Below, piece by piece: positions 50,046-59,472 of a stretch of DNA of 64,000 nt. The stretch lies in IMG/VR virus record IMGVR_UViG_3300043399_000446, positions 22,133-86,132 of that record; one strand, written 5' to 3'. Numbering within the stretch: the first letter of the stretch is position 1; every line of letters starts with the position of its first letter. The translations under genes were made by a program, and so were the position numbers. This DNA comes from a virus. Below the pieces are notes generated by a model, which searched no databases, was not told the DNA's origin, and worked only from the letters and a program-made list of their open reading frames with translations.

Positions 50046-50377
50046 GTTAAATCATTAGCACTTTTTGCCATTTGAGCAACTATTTTTTTACTATCTTGAT
50101 TAGTGTCGCTAGATTGCGGAGTAGCACTATCTTGTCCTTTAAATACTACAACATCACCTTGAATATTACTTATAACATTATTTAACGGTGGTTTTTGTAT
50201 CATATCATACAAATCGGTAACGTCAAGTGAAATTCCGTATTTTTGGAAATACTGAAGAAGATTATCAGTAGACCATTGTAGGTTTGGATTTTTATCCAAA
50301 CCTACGCGAAGCTGATCTGTAATTGCTATTAGGGTAGCAATTTGAGGATCTATTTCAGTCAACTCTAATAAACGCAT
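50042..50377 (-). CDS. hypothetical late protein
   Basis: 111 aa, MRLLEL N-terminus. Confidence 0.6.
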   Translation of the reverse strand: MRLLELTEIDPQIATLIAITDQLRVGLDKNPNLQWSTDNLLQYFQKYGISLDVTDLYDMIQKPPLNNVISNIQGDVVVFKGQDSATPQSSDTNQDSKKIVAQMAKSANDLT

Positions 50378-50378
50378 G

Positions 50379-51086
50379 TTACCGTTTAGTTCTACCTACA
50401 CTTGTAGCAGCCATTGGTTCAGGTTCAGCAATTTCTTCCTCACCTGAAACATCAATATCCATCTCAGCCTCTTCCTCGCCAGGAACTGATTCAGGTTCAC
50501 CCATTGCGGCAGCGTCACCACCCATATCAGGTTCAAATTCTTCCATTCCACCCTGACCTGTAATAGTACCTAGTGCAGATTTTAGTGTAGCTTGGCTTGA
50601 CGTTAGTGCTGATTGAATTGCAGTAAGAGCTTCACTAGCTTGTGAACTAAATTGTGTTCCCTCGTTTGCGCCTATCTCTGACTGAATTGAATCAGTTAGT
50701 GCTGGCAATTCTTTTACAAGCATATCGCTGACTTCTTCAATCATTTTCTGCACACTGTCTACCATGTCTTGAGCAGCTAGAACTACCTGTGACTTTTCAA
50801 CTTCTTCATTTTCTAAAACGATGCGTGAAGGACGAGACATCAATTCAGAAACGCGATAAGACAAGGCTTGCTCCATAAAAACTAATTTCATGTAAGCAGG
50901 AGTCGTTTTCTTGCTATAGAAATCTTGTGACTGCTTTGCTTCGCTGATTAGCCCTCTTACCTTTTTCAACATTGTTTGTGATGCAGGTAAAGACATTTTA
51001 TTAAAGTTCATAGAAACATTATAGTTTTCTTTTAGAGCTTTTTCAGTTGTTGCTATTTTATTTTTATCAAAATCTGTTAGTTTCAT
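50379..51086 (-). CDS. hypothetical helical/acidic protein, possible prohead core
   Basis: 235 aa, late promoter, acidic tail. Confidence 0.55.
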   Translation of the reverse strand: MKLTDFDKNKIATTEKALKENYNVSMNFNKMSLPASQTMLKKVRGLISEAKQSQDFYSKKTTPAYMKLVFMEQALSYRVSELMSRPSRIVLENEEVEKSQVVLAAQDMVDSVQKMIEEVSDMLVKELPALTDSIQSEIGANEGTQFSSQASEALTAIQSALTSSQATLKSALGTITGQGGMEEFEPDMGGDAAAMGEPESVPGEEEAEMDIDVSGEEEIAEPEPMAATSVGRTKR

Positions 51087-51117
51087 GATTAGTTTCCCAA
51101 ACTATGTTATGTATTTA

Positions 51118-51603
51118 TCATTTATTCAAAGATTTTACAGAAGCAGCAAATCGTTTTAGTTGCCAGTACTTAGCATCTAATACATACTGCTTTATTTCGT
51201 GTAATATATACTGCTTTTTTAGCTTATCTTCGTTGAGTTTAGCCAAGTAAATTAGCTTGTTGTCTATGTCGGTTGTTGATACCGCCAATCTTTTATGCTG
51301 TTCGATCATCGCATCTATGCCAGTTAGCATTTGATCTAATTCTTCAATTCTAAGCATTTCGTAAAACTTGTCTCTGTGGTTAAATGTACACCACATAACA
51401 GCATTTTTTAAGAAAGAAAATGTTCGTTGTTCATGATCTGTGCTTACTAAGAACTTGTAATCTGAGATTTTGCGAATAAAAAACTTATTGAATAGTTCAT
51501 ATGTTCCATCATCATGCTTGAAAATAGCAGCATCAGATAAATTAACGTGCAACTCTTTCAGTATGAATGTTTCGACTTTTTTAAAGCTGCCTAAGTCAAG
51601 CAT
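51118..51603 (-). CDS. hypothetical protein
   Basis: 161 aa, coupled to the upstream gene. Confidence 0.6.
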   Translation of the reverse strand: MLDLGSFKKVETFILKELHVNLSDAAIFKHDDGTYELFNKFFIRKISDYKFLVSTDHEQRTFSFLKNAVMWCTFNHRDKFYEMLRIEELDQMLTGIDAMIEQHKRLAVSTTDIDNKLIYLAKLNEDKLKKQYILHEIKQYVLDAKYWQLKRFAASVKSLNK

Positions 51604-52048
51604 TTTTTATTACCTCAAAATAAATGTTTCGTGTGTTAATGTGCGTATCCAAATAGTTTGACAACTTGTGCCATTCTGTGCCACATAGCATCATAGGTAT
51701 TTTATCGCAATCATTATATAAATGACCTAATTCGTTTATACCATCATTAAATACGCTAGCATAACTGATGTCAAAATCAAAGAACCAAAAAGGTATTTCT
51801 TCTTTGAATGACTTGTCAAACAGTAAACCAAAATTATGCTTGTTTTTGAATAGCAAGCTGTTTTTTGTGGGTGTAGTGATGTTTTCAGGCTGTGAGCGTA
51901 GCGATATAGCTTGAACTACTGTATCAAAATTGCATTGTTGATTTCTTCGCTGCACCCATACAGGATCTTCGTTATTAGCATTTCTCCGACTAATAACTCC
52001 TGTTTGTGTGATATCAAATAATGTATTGCAGCGCACAGTAAAAGCCAT
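51596..52048 (-). CDS. hypothetical protein
   Basis: TLFDITQTG, RNQQCNF; start 5 nt after TAAATA. Confidence 0.6.
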   Translation of the reverse strand: MAFTVRCNTLFDITQTGVISRRNANNEDPVWVQRRNQQCNFDTVVQAISLRSQPENITTPTKNSLLFKNKHNFGLLFDKSFKEEIPFWFFDFDISYASVFNDGINELGHLYNDCDKIPMMLCGTEWHKLSNYLDTHINTRNIYFEVIKNA

Positions 52049-52066
52049 GCAACTATTTATAGACAT

Positions 52067-52095
52067 AAAAAAGCCCGAGAATAAATCTCGGGCTT
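52067..52095 (-). terminator. intrinsic terminator
   Basis: AAGCCCGAGA/TCTCGGGCTT with T6 on the minus strand. Confidence 0.8.
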
Positions 52096-52113
52096 AGTAA
52101 TCTAAGTTTTAGA

Positions 52114-52497
52114 TTAGTTTGTGAATGTTGCTGATGCTGTAACTGTTACGTTATTTGCTGTACCAGCTGCGGTTAGAGCAGCTTCAACAGCAGCTTCTAG
52201 TGATGCAGCGTCCCAAGCTTCGTTAGGATATACAGCCATTGCTAGTGTGTCATTAGTTGTATCTGTGTACTCATAGATGTAAACAGTAGCTAGTTGCTGT
52301 GTTGCCTGAATGATTGTGTTTACTTGTGCGCCTGTTAGAGCACCTGCGGCTGTTACAGTGAAGAACTGTAGCTTTGGACCTTGTGGCTGAACTGTTGCGC
52401 CTGACTCAACTGCGTATAGACCGCTGTTTGTATATGAACCTTTGTCATAGTTGATTACTGGTAGAAAGTCACCATTTACTTTTGTGAATTGTGCCAT
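52114..52497 (-). CDS. small virion structural protein (possible decoration protein)
   Basis: A/T-rich, own late promoter, SD and terminator. Confidence 0.55.
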   Translation of the reverse strand: MAQFTKVNGDFLPVINYDKGSYTNSGLYAVESGATVQPQGPKLQFFTVTAAGALTGAQVNTIIQATQQLATVYIYEYTDTTNDTLAMAVYPNEAWDAASLEAAVEAALTAAGTANNVTVTASATFTN

Positions 52498-52572
52498 GAT
52501 ATTTTTCCTTAAATGTTATGAGCATTCGCTCTACATTTATTTATCACCAATTCAAAAAAACTTGGGTTTTGG

Positions 52573-53742
52573 TTATCTACCTGCGAGATTTTGACGACTA
52601 AATCCCATGCGGTCAACGAATTTCAAGCCCTGAGCTACGAAGCCCTCTTGTGTTTGAGTGCCATCTTGTAGATAACCCTTTACAGGACTCTCTTCTGCTG
52701 CCTTATTCAACTGTGCTACTATATCCATTTTAAGATTATAGATAGCTATCCAAATTGAAAATATACCAATAATACCCTCAGTGTTCTCAGATAAATGCTT
52801 CATTATCTTTTGGCGCATACTTTCAGTCATATTACGGGTCTGCACAAACTCCATAAAATCATCAACCAAGTTGTTTAGATCACCTGATACAATTTTTCTG
52901 TTTATGTATGTAGTGAATAACTGATTGAATGTATTTCTTGCTTGAGGTGCAGTAGACATTAGTTGTTCGGCTGCGGCTCCATATTGAGAAATAGCTTTTT
53001 TAGCATTATTGACCAATGAATTATTGATCTTCAATGCAGGAGTATTTGGCATCTTACTTGGTACTATAGCAACATTGCTGTTATTCTTTAGTTGTCCTAA
53101 AGTTCCATCTAAAGGAGTTGCATCATCTGTAGATGAAGCGTTTGGTGGTATGAATTGATGAACTGCAATAGCAGCAGTTTTGTTAGCGATTAGCTTACCT
53201 AAATCGCTAGTAGCATCAATTTGATATGCTATACCATTGGGGTTAGCTCTAAAACTATACACATTATTTTTTGGTTCTAGTTGCTGACCAAACAATAAAT
53301 CTCCCCAGTAATAACCCTTTGCCCCAGTACTGGCTTTTTCTAACCCAGCCCAAAGATTATTAATTAGTTGATGTAGATTTGATCTATCCACACCCCGTTC
53401 CATGTCGTATTGTACAAACTGTTCAGGACTATAAACTGCCCTACCTGACATGTCTTTTTTATTGAACATGTGTTTGTCCATGATAGCAAACTTGCCATTA
53501 GTGCCTCTACCAAATATCAGAGCAGGATATCCATCCCATTTGATAGTTACAGTTTTAGGATTCTTAACTGTATTAACTGTAGCATCTATTGCCCGTTGGG
53601 CACCCTGTACACCATCTAAAAATACTAAATCTTCAGGGTGATCTAAATGACCCTTAGCTTCAGCTAGTATCTCAAAAGTTTCTACATCTTTTATATCATC
53701 TAGCTTTTTTAAAGTTTCAGCTAATAGTTGCGTTAGATTCAT
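52573..53742 (-). CDS. KxDG-motif ligase/nucleotidyltransferase-like protein (DUF6267-like)
   Basis: HLDHPED, TIKWDGYPALIFG, GDLLF, EGFV, KFVDR...FS. Confidence 0.6.
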   Translation of the reverse strand: MNLTQLLAETLKKLDDIKDVETFEILAEAKGHLDHPEDLVFLDGVQGAQRAIDATVNTVKNPKTVTIKWDGYPALIFGRGTNGKFAIMDKHMFNKKDMSGRAVYSPEQFVQYDMERGVDRSNLHQLINNLWAGLEKASTGAKGYYWGDLLFGQQLEPKNNVYSFRANPNGIAYQIDATSDLGKLIANKTAAIAVHQFIPPNASSTDDATPLDGTLGQLKNNSNVAIVPSKMPNTPALKINNSLVNNAKKAISQYGAAAEQLMSTAPQARNTFNQLFTTYINRKIVSGDLNNLVDDFMEFVQTRNMTESMRQKIMKHLSENTEGIIGIFSIWIAIYNLKMDIVAQLNKAAEESPVKGYLQDGTQTQEGFVAQGLKFVDRMGFSRQNLAGR

Positions 53743-53981
53743 TTCCCAGCCTTTTTTAGTGATTTTACAAATCTATCGCTGTCTCTGCCTTTGATAGCAC
53801 TCAATAACTTTCTTTCAAGTATTTCAGCTTTTTCAGGATCGTAATGTTTATTAATCATTTCTAATAGATTAATGGCGCTGGCGATAATATTAGATGCTCT
53901 GCTTTCGATAAGATGTGAGGTATCTCTCTTATTGCCTAGAGCTTCAAGTTCTTCTAAGAGGCTACGAGTTTGTTTTTGCAT
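53739..53981 (-). CDS. conserved hypothetical late protein
   Basis: 80 aa, TRSLLEEL. Confidence 0.6.
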   Translation of the reverse strand: MQKQTRSLLEELEALGNKRDTSHLIESRASNIIASAINLLEMINKHYDPEKAEILERKLLSAIKGRDSDRFVKSLKKAGK

Positions 53982-54018
53982 AAAAGTTATCCCAAATACT
54001 ATTTATCTTGGGTATATG

Positions 54019-55434
54019 TTATTTTGCTTTTATAGAACTCAACAATGATTTCAATTTCGACCCTTGAATATCTACTGCAATACTTTTTTCTTCGGGCTGT
54101 AATACTTCACCTGTTTCTTGGTCTACAATTGTAGATGTTGATTTCAATTTAGACATAATACTATTTGGGCTAGGCTGACTCTTATTATTTTCATAGTTGT
54201 CAGGATTCTCATTAGTAATACGCATAGTTTCAATATTGTATTCTAAGTCAATTTTTTGACCTACACCAGTAGAACTACGTGATTTCATACATTGAATCTG
54301 ATACTTACCACGCTCACGCATACTGCGACTTGTAAAGATACCAAATACATTATCTGCGGTATTAATCTTACTGATACCACCTGCGATATGACTATGATCG
54401 AATTCAATTTCTTCTACTGCACTACGATTTAACTGCGATGCAGTAACCATTAGAACACCCAATTCTTTAGCTAAGTTACGCAATTCTTCAGACACATATT
54501 TGTCTTTGATAAATTGATCATTGGGACTTACTTTGACGCTTACAGGCATTACAAGATCCAAATAGTCAACCATTACAAAGTCTACTTTTATTCCTGTTTG
54601 AATTTGTACTTCTTTCAAATAGGACCTGATATCATTGACATTACTTTGTGCAGGCATACCTTTAATTCTATACTTGCCTGCCTTTTTACCTACCATTTTG
54701 ACTTTGATTTCTGTGCTATCAACATCTTTACGAATCTCGCGAGTACTCATGTTAGTCAACATCGCATCTGTACGCAATGCTGTTAATTCCTCGCTCAATT
54801 CTAAGGTAATGTATACACCATTTAATCCTTGCTGTAACCAATTCAATGCGATGTTCATCATTACAAGTGATTTACCTGAACCTGATCCACCTGCAAAGAT
54901 GTTTAGCTCGCCACGATTGAAACCACCATATAATAGTTTATCCATTTGTGGCCATCCTGTACTAACTTGACCTCCACTATTGAAATATTTGTTGATACGG
55001 TCTTTAGGATTACCAAAATAATCAGTGCCCATATCTTTTTGTAGGCTGATTTGTACTGCGTCTTTGATTAGTTTTTCTACAGGACCATATTCACCTTTTT
55101 CTAATAAGTCAGCACTTTTTAGAATAGCACGCTCTAATTCTTGTCGCTTAGTAAATTGTTCAAACGCATCTAAGAACCATTCTTTATGCCCATCGTTCAT
55201 TTCATCAATGGGCTCTAACTCTATTCCTGTAATAGCTTTGATTTGATTTATATCAGGAAGTATTCTATATTTGTCGCTGTGATCTTTGAACAAGTTAGCA
55301 ACAGGCCTTAAACTTTTATCAAAGTTTTCAGCATTCATAATATTCATGACGCGAGTATATAACTCTGCGTCACAAATCATCATTCGCAAAAATAGTTTTT
55401 GAACATCAGTATTATAATTATAATCCTTTAGCAA
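54019..55434 (-). CDS. DnaB-like replicative helicase (gp41-like)
   Basis: STGW, GGSGSGKS, ITLEL, VDYLDL, TASQLNR. Confidence 0.92.
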   Translation of the reverse strand: MLKDYNYNTDVQKLFLRMMICDAELYTRVMNIMNAENFDKSLRPVANLFKDHSDKYRILPDINQIKAITGIELEPIDEMNDGHKEWFLDAFEQFTKRQELERAILKSADLLEKGEYGPVEKLIKDAVQISLQKDMGTDYFGNPKDRINKYFNSGGQVSTGWPQMDKLLYGGFNRGELNIFAGGSGSGKSLVMMNIALNWLQQGLNGVYITLELSEELTALRTDAMLTNMSTREIRKDVDSTEIKVKMVGKKAGKYRIKGMPAQSNVNDIRSYLKEVQIQTGIKVDFVMVDYLDLVMPVSVKVSPNDQFIKDKYVSEELRNLAKELGVLMVTASQLNRSAVEEIEFDHSHIAGGISKINTADNVFGIFTSRSMRERGKYQIQCMKSRSSTGVGQKIDLEYNIETMRITNENPDNYENNKSQPSPNSIMSKLKSTSTIVDQETGEVLQPEEKSIAVDIQGSKLKSLLSSIKAK

Positions 55435-56389
55435 TCTGCCTTCTCCTCATTTCAATTTTGATTTTGCTATTTGTCGCTGCGTTTGTTATGCTCAATAATG
55501 TTGCTAATTTACCATACTTTACTACTGCGTCATTTATATCTTTAACACTACTATGCCACTCAGGCAAACTTACTTGATACCCTAATTCAATAGCTCTATC
55601 ACACATTTCTAAGCCAGTAGCATCTTGATCTGGGACTACTATTATTCGTCTATTTAAGGTACTCAATAATGCTGCTTGATCGTCGCTGATAGTATTGTGC
55701 ATTGTAGCACATGCCCTAATGCTTAGTGCGTCAAATATACCCTCTGCTACTATACATATTTGCCAATGTGGATTTTGAAAGTCGATACCAAAAACATATC
55801 CAGGTTGTTGTTCATTGATGTATTTAGGTATGCGATTATCTGTAAATCTGCTTGTGTGACCTACCAACTTGTCTTTGTAAAAATATGGAATGATTATCCT
55901 TTGAGCATAACGTCCCTGAGCGTGGGGAGTTACATAAAACGGATAGTCATTAATATCTATCTTTCTGCGGTGCAGATAATCTACATATAGTTTGTGTTTT
56001 GGGTTATTAGGATTTATAGCTTCGCATTCATGTAATTTATGCTCTTCAAATTTTATCTTGACTTTCTTTTTAGATTGTGTGAAATATAATAAATCTTTAT
56101 TTTGTAAGCTTTCTAAATTCCATCTTTGTATTTCACTTTCGTCTATCCCACACCAACTAAGTAGTTTTCTTGTCTTTTGGGTAATTGGCTTACCTAAAAT
56201 AAAATTACATTTATATTGGCAGTTGAAACAATGATAACTCCAGTTGTTAGTTCCATCAAACTTTATTCCGCCCCTTGACCTCCGATCAGCCTTATGACCA
56301 AAGTGTTGGCAACATATAGCATTAAAGCTATGCCAACCACTTGAGGTTAATTTCTTTTTACCCGGAATGATAGATAGAATGTCGAACAT
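55418..56389 (-). CDS. DNA primase (gp61-like)
   Basis: Zn finger CC...HCFNC, RIIIP, AEGIFDA, PDQD TOPRIM. Confidence 0.88.
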   Translation of the reverse strand: MFDILSIIPGKKKLTSSGWHSFNAICCQHFGHKADRRSRGGIKFDGTNNWSYHCFNCQYKCNFILGKPITQKTRKLLSWCGIDESEIQRWNLESLQNKDLLYFTQSKKKVKIKFEEHKLHECEAINPNNPKHKLYVDYLHRRKIDINDYPFYVTPHAQGRYAQRIIIPYFYKDKLVGHTSRFTDNRIPKYINEQQPGYVFGIDFQNPHWQICIVAEGIFDALSIRACATMHNTISDDQAALLSTLNRRIIVVPDQDATGLEMCDRAIELGYQVSLPEWHSSVKDINDAVVKYGKLATLLSITNAATNSKIKIEMRRRQIAKGL

Positions 56390-56427
56390 TCTGTTATTGT
56401 AGCATAGAACAGGGATGTATTACAATA

Positions 56428-57201
56428 TTATCTGGCTAAAATGTTAGTGACTGCGCCCGTATTGCTTACAAATTGCATTCTAATGTATGGATGAAATCCA
56501 CGAATAGTGTATCCTTGTGTCTCACTAACATCATTATAAGAATGTGCTGAAATAGGATACCAATCACCATCTACTATTGTGCTACCCTCGATGATTACAT
56601 TTCCCACGTAGTCAATGTATTGTGCTTGAATAGTGATTATTGGATTATCTTCGGTTGAGATTACACTACTGAAATAAGTTTGTGCATTACTATTAGCATT
56701 AGAAATATTACTCAAATTGGGGAAAGGTTGTCCTGTAGGTATAGATACGGGTTGTGAGGGTACAAAGCTGGGTAATATGCTGTCTACGATATTCATATCA
56801 CCTCTTGCACCAGCATTTTGGTCAACAAACACAGGGAAGTCAAATTCATTTACAGGTATTTCTAAAGTATAGTATGCCTTTTGGGGAGTAATGTTTTCTA
56901 TGTCTGCTGCATTCAAAATAAGTGAGCATATACCGGTTGCAGGTAATTGTAGAGTTAATGCTTTTTGTATCAGTAACTCATTACCTTCATAATTCAATAT
57001 TCTACAAGTTATAACTTTTCCTGTTATATCCACAGGCTTCTGCTGTTGATCCAAAAATTGAAATTGTATCTGGTTGTCAACGCCACGATGAAGTGTTAGG
57101 GGTTTTGCGTATTGGGGCATATATGCTCTCGGTGAAAAGCCAGATAAAAGGACAACAATTTGTCGTTGTGTATATACAAAAACTTGTGTGCTGTAAGCCA
57201 T
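56428..57201 (-). CDS. virion structural protein (baseplate upper protein-like)
   Basis: LHRGVDN...QKPVDITG; late promoter. Confidence 0.5.
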   Translation of the reverse strand: MAYSTQVFVYTQRQIVVLLSGFSPRAYMPQYAKPLTLHRGVDNQIQFQFLDQQQKPVDITGKVITCRILNYEGNELLIQKALTLQLPATGICSLILNAADIENITPQKAYYTLEIPVNEFDFPVFVDQNAGARGDMNIVDSILPSFVPSQPVSIPTGQPFPNLSNISNANSNAQTYFSSVISTEDNPIITIQAQYIDYVGNVIIEGSTIVDGDWYPISAHSYNDVSETQGYTIRGFHPYIRMQFVSNTGAVTNILAR

Positions 57202-57243
57202 TTGGTCCTTTTTCTGTTATTATCAGTATTTATCGTCAGGTAA

Positions 57244-57319
57244 TAAATAAAAAGGTAGTTCGCGGAATTGGCCTTCCCAACTACTCTAATGCTATAAGGA
57301 GCACCAGCTTGTATATTTA
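57244..57319 (+). promoter_or_regulatory. conserved structured endonuclease leader, copy 3
   Basis: TAAATA-GTAGTT CGC GGAA loop TTCC C AACTAC-TCTAATGCT-AAGGAGC-CAGC-TTG, plus antisense TAAATA. Confidence 0.8.
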
Positions 57320-57983
57320 TTATGTTTACGCATATTTGCGGCAATTTAATTCAAACACGGGTAAGGCAGGAACTCCCTATTATATTGGAAAGGGGAAACA
57401 TAAAAGGGCTTGGTCAAAGAACCACTCTGTAAATCTTCCAAAACTAAGTTCAAATATAGTAATTTTAGAAAGTGGTCTAAGTGAATGTGGAGCTATAGCA
57501 TTAGAACGACGCCTTATTAAATGGTGGGGGAGGGTAGATATTTCTACGGGAATTTTACGAAATAGAACTGACGGAGGCGAAGGTACTGAAGGTAGAAAAA
57601 ATAAGTTCAATCAATCGGGAAGCCTTAATCCATCTTTCGATGATACTATCTATACATTTTACCATAAAACAGGATTGATTGAAAAATGTACACAATTTGA
57701 ATTACGGAAAAAATATAATCTTAGGGCAGGAAATCTTAGTGCCGTAATTAAAGGATATGAAAAATCAGTAAAGGGTTGGCGTATTACGGAAGAATTTATT
57801 GACTTAACAGGTAAAAGGCAGCGTGGATGTGATGATGTTTATACTTTTATTCATACTTCAGGTATAATAGTCGAAATGACCCAAAGACAATTATTTTTAA
57901 ATTTTAATTTAAAAACAAGGTCAGGTATAAGCCTCTTATGCCATAATAAAATAAAATCATACAAAGGATGGAGATTGGGGTAG
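57309..57983 (+). mobile_element. GIY-YIG-like homing endonuclease C with two C-terminal HTH-like repeats
   Basis: YYVYAYLR...PYYIGKG...[10 protein letters not shown]; two YTF-x-H...KS-x-KGWR repeats; TTG start. Confidence 0.75.
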
Positions 57984-58036
57984 CCTATTTATTACAATTA
58001 ATTTTCTAAATGGTTTTGTGTAAATAAATAACCAGT

Positions 58037-58417
58037 ATGTCTAATTCTGATTTCTTTCAAAAGCTTAGTCAAAATCATCCGTTTATTACGGTTTGCCATT
58101 ATGCCAGTCAGGATTATGTAGGTATAGTTCAAAATCGTGATGATATAGTCACCACAATTTATGATTATGGTGCTATAGTTGATCCTATAGTAAAAGAAAA
58201 ATTCTTAGAATTAGGCGAAATATGGTGGTGGGAAAGTAATAGGCTTATACCAATAAACTTGTTTTTGAAAGAAGAGTGGATTATATTCAAGCCATTCTTA
58301 AGAACTTTTAATAACAAAAGCTTAGTAATACTACATGGGCCTGCTACTTCAATGAATGAACTAAGCAAACGTAAAAGCAAGCGCCGTAGTATTACTCTTG
58401 TAAAACGTTTACCTTAG
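58037..58417 (+). CDS. conserved hypothetical protein
   Basis: WWWESNR-x-IPINLFL motif; leaderless late start. Confidence 0.65.
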   Translation: MSNSDFFQKLSQNHPFITVCHYASQDYVGIVQNRDDIVTTIYDYGAIVDPIVKEKFLELGEIWWWESNRLIPINLFLKEEWIIFKPFLRTFNNKSLVILHGPATSMNELSKRKSKRRSITLVKRLP

Positions 58418-58903
58418 ATTTTTCTTTCTACGCTTTTGCGCCATCTGTAAACTAAGTTTGCCTACTTTTTCAACAAAGCAATGCCCATTCAAGTGGTCCA
58501 ATTCGTGCTGAAATACCCTTGCCATCAAATCTTCAAACTCTTCTTCTTTAGTTTCGCCATTAATAGTTTGATAGCGAGCTATGATTTTCTTGTATCGCTT
58601 GACATGTAGCCATAATCCTGGAAAGCTTAGACATCCTTCAATATCTTGTACTTCTCCCTCACCTGAAACTAATTCAGGGTTGACACAAACAATAAGCTTT
58701 TCTTCGTTACCCATAATAAGTATGCGCTTGCTGATACCTACTTGTGGAGCAGCTAAACCTATACCACCTTTTAGAAACATTGTTTTAGTCATAGCTTTGA
58801 CTAATTCTTCTAAGTTAGGTTCTACAATCCAGTTATCAAAATCATATGGCTCTGCTGCCTGCTTTAATACTGGATCATTCTCATCTACTAATTGTAATTC
58901 CAT
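58409..58903 (-). CDS. def: peptide deformylase
   Basis: GIGLAAPQVG, EGCLS, QHELDH. Confidence 0.95.
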   Translation of the reverse strand: MELQLVDENDPVLKQAAEPYDFDNWIVEPNLEELVKAMTKTMFLKGGIGLAAPQVGISKRILIMGNEEKLIVCVNPELVSGEGEVQDIEGCLSFPGLWLHVKRYKKIIARYQTINGETKEEEFEDLMARVFQHELDHLNGHCFVEKVGKLSLQMAQKRRKKNLR

Positions 58904-59472
58904 TATTTTCCCTCTAATATATTCATATGTACTACTACAAGATGACTATAGGCAACAGCATGTGCCTTTTTAAATGAATAACCATTCTCATCTTTGTCCC
59001 AAACTGTTTTACTAACTACATTCCAAGGTTCACCAATAAGATGCTTTTTTGATGGTCTGATTATAGCCAAGAACATCGCTAAACGGGGTATACTATTCAC
59101 AGGCTCAGGCATCTTTCGCAAACTATCATAATGATTGCTAAGATGAATAAGTTTCTCTACAAAATGCCTATCTTTTAGTTTGTCCCAATTAGGCTCATCC
59201 ATCAATTGAATTAAATGTAGTTCATCCCTAACTTGCTCATATACATGAACATTCAACAAGTCTAATTTGAAATATCCACGCTTATCCATTTCCCTATAAT
59301 CTACAGCACACATATCAGTAATAGGATTATAGGGCACTGGCTGTACATAAACTCCAGTAGCATGTTTTCTGATAGGGTTAGCTTGTAACATAGCAGCGGG
59401 AGTATGCTCAATTATCTCCAATAACTTATTTCTATCAGGAAGATCAATGTCAATATCTGACTGAAATTTCAT
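58903..59472 (-). CDS. DNA polymerase III alpha-like catalytic/finger fragment
   Basis: SDIDID, KHATGV, GYFKLDLL, YSFKKAHAVAY; only 189 aa. Confidence 0.78.
   Translation of the reverse strand: MKFQSDIDIDLPDRNKLLEIIEHTPAAMLQANPIRKHATGVYVQPVPYNPITDMCAVDYREMDKRGYFKLDLLNVHVYEQVRDELHLIQLMDEPNWDKLKDRHFVEKLIHLSNHYDSLRKMPEPVNSIPRLAMFLAIIRPSKKHLIGEPWNVVSKTVWDKDENGYSFKKAHAVAYSHLVVVHMNILEGK

Noticed and set aside
57093-57308. N-terminal extensions given by the ORF track (e.g. 57093, 28482, 40382, 10952, 52066)
   Set aside because: They run through promoters, terminators or neighbouring genes; better-supported downstream starts exist.
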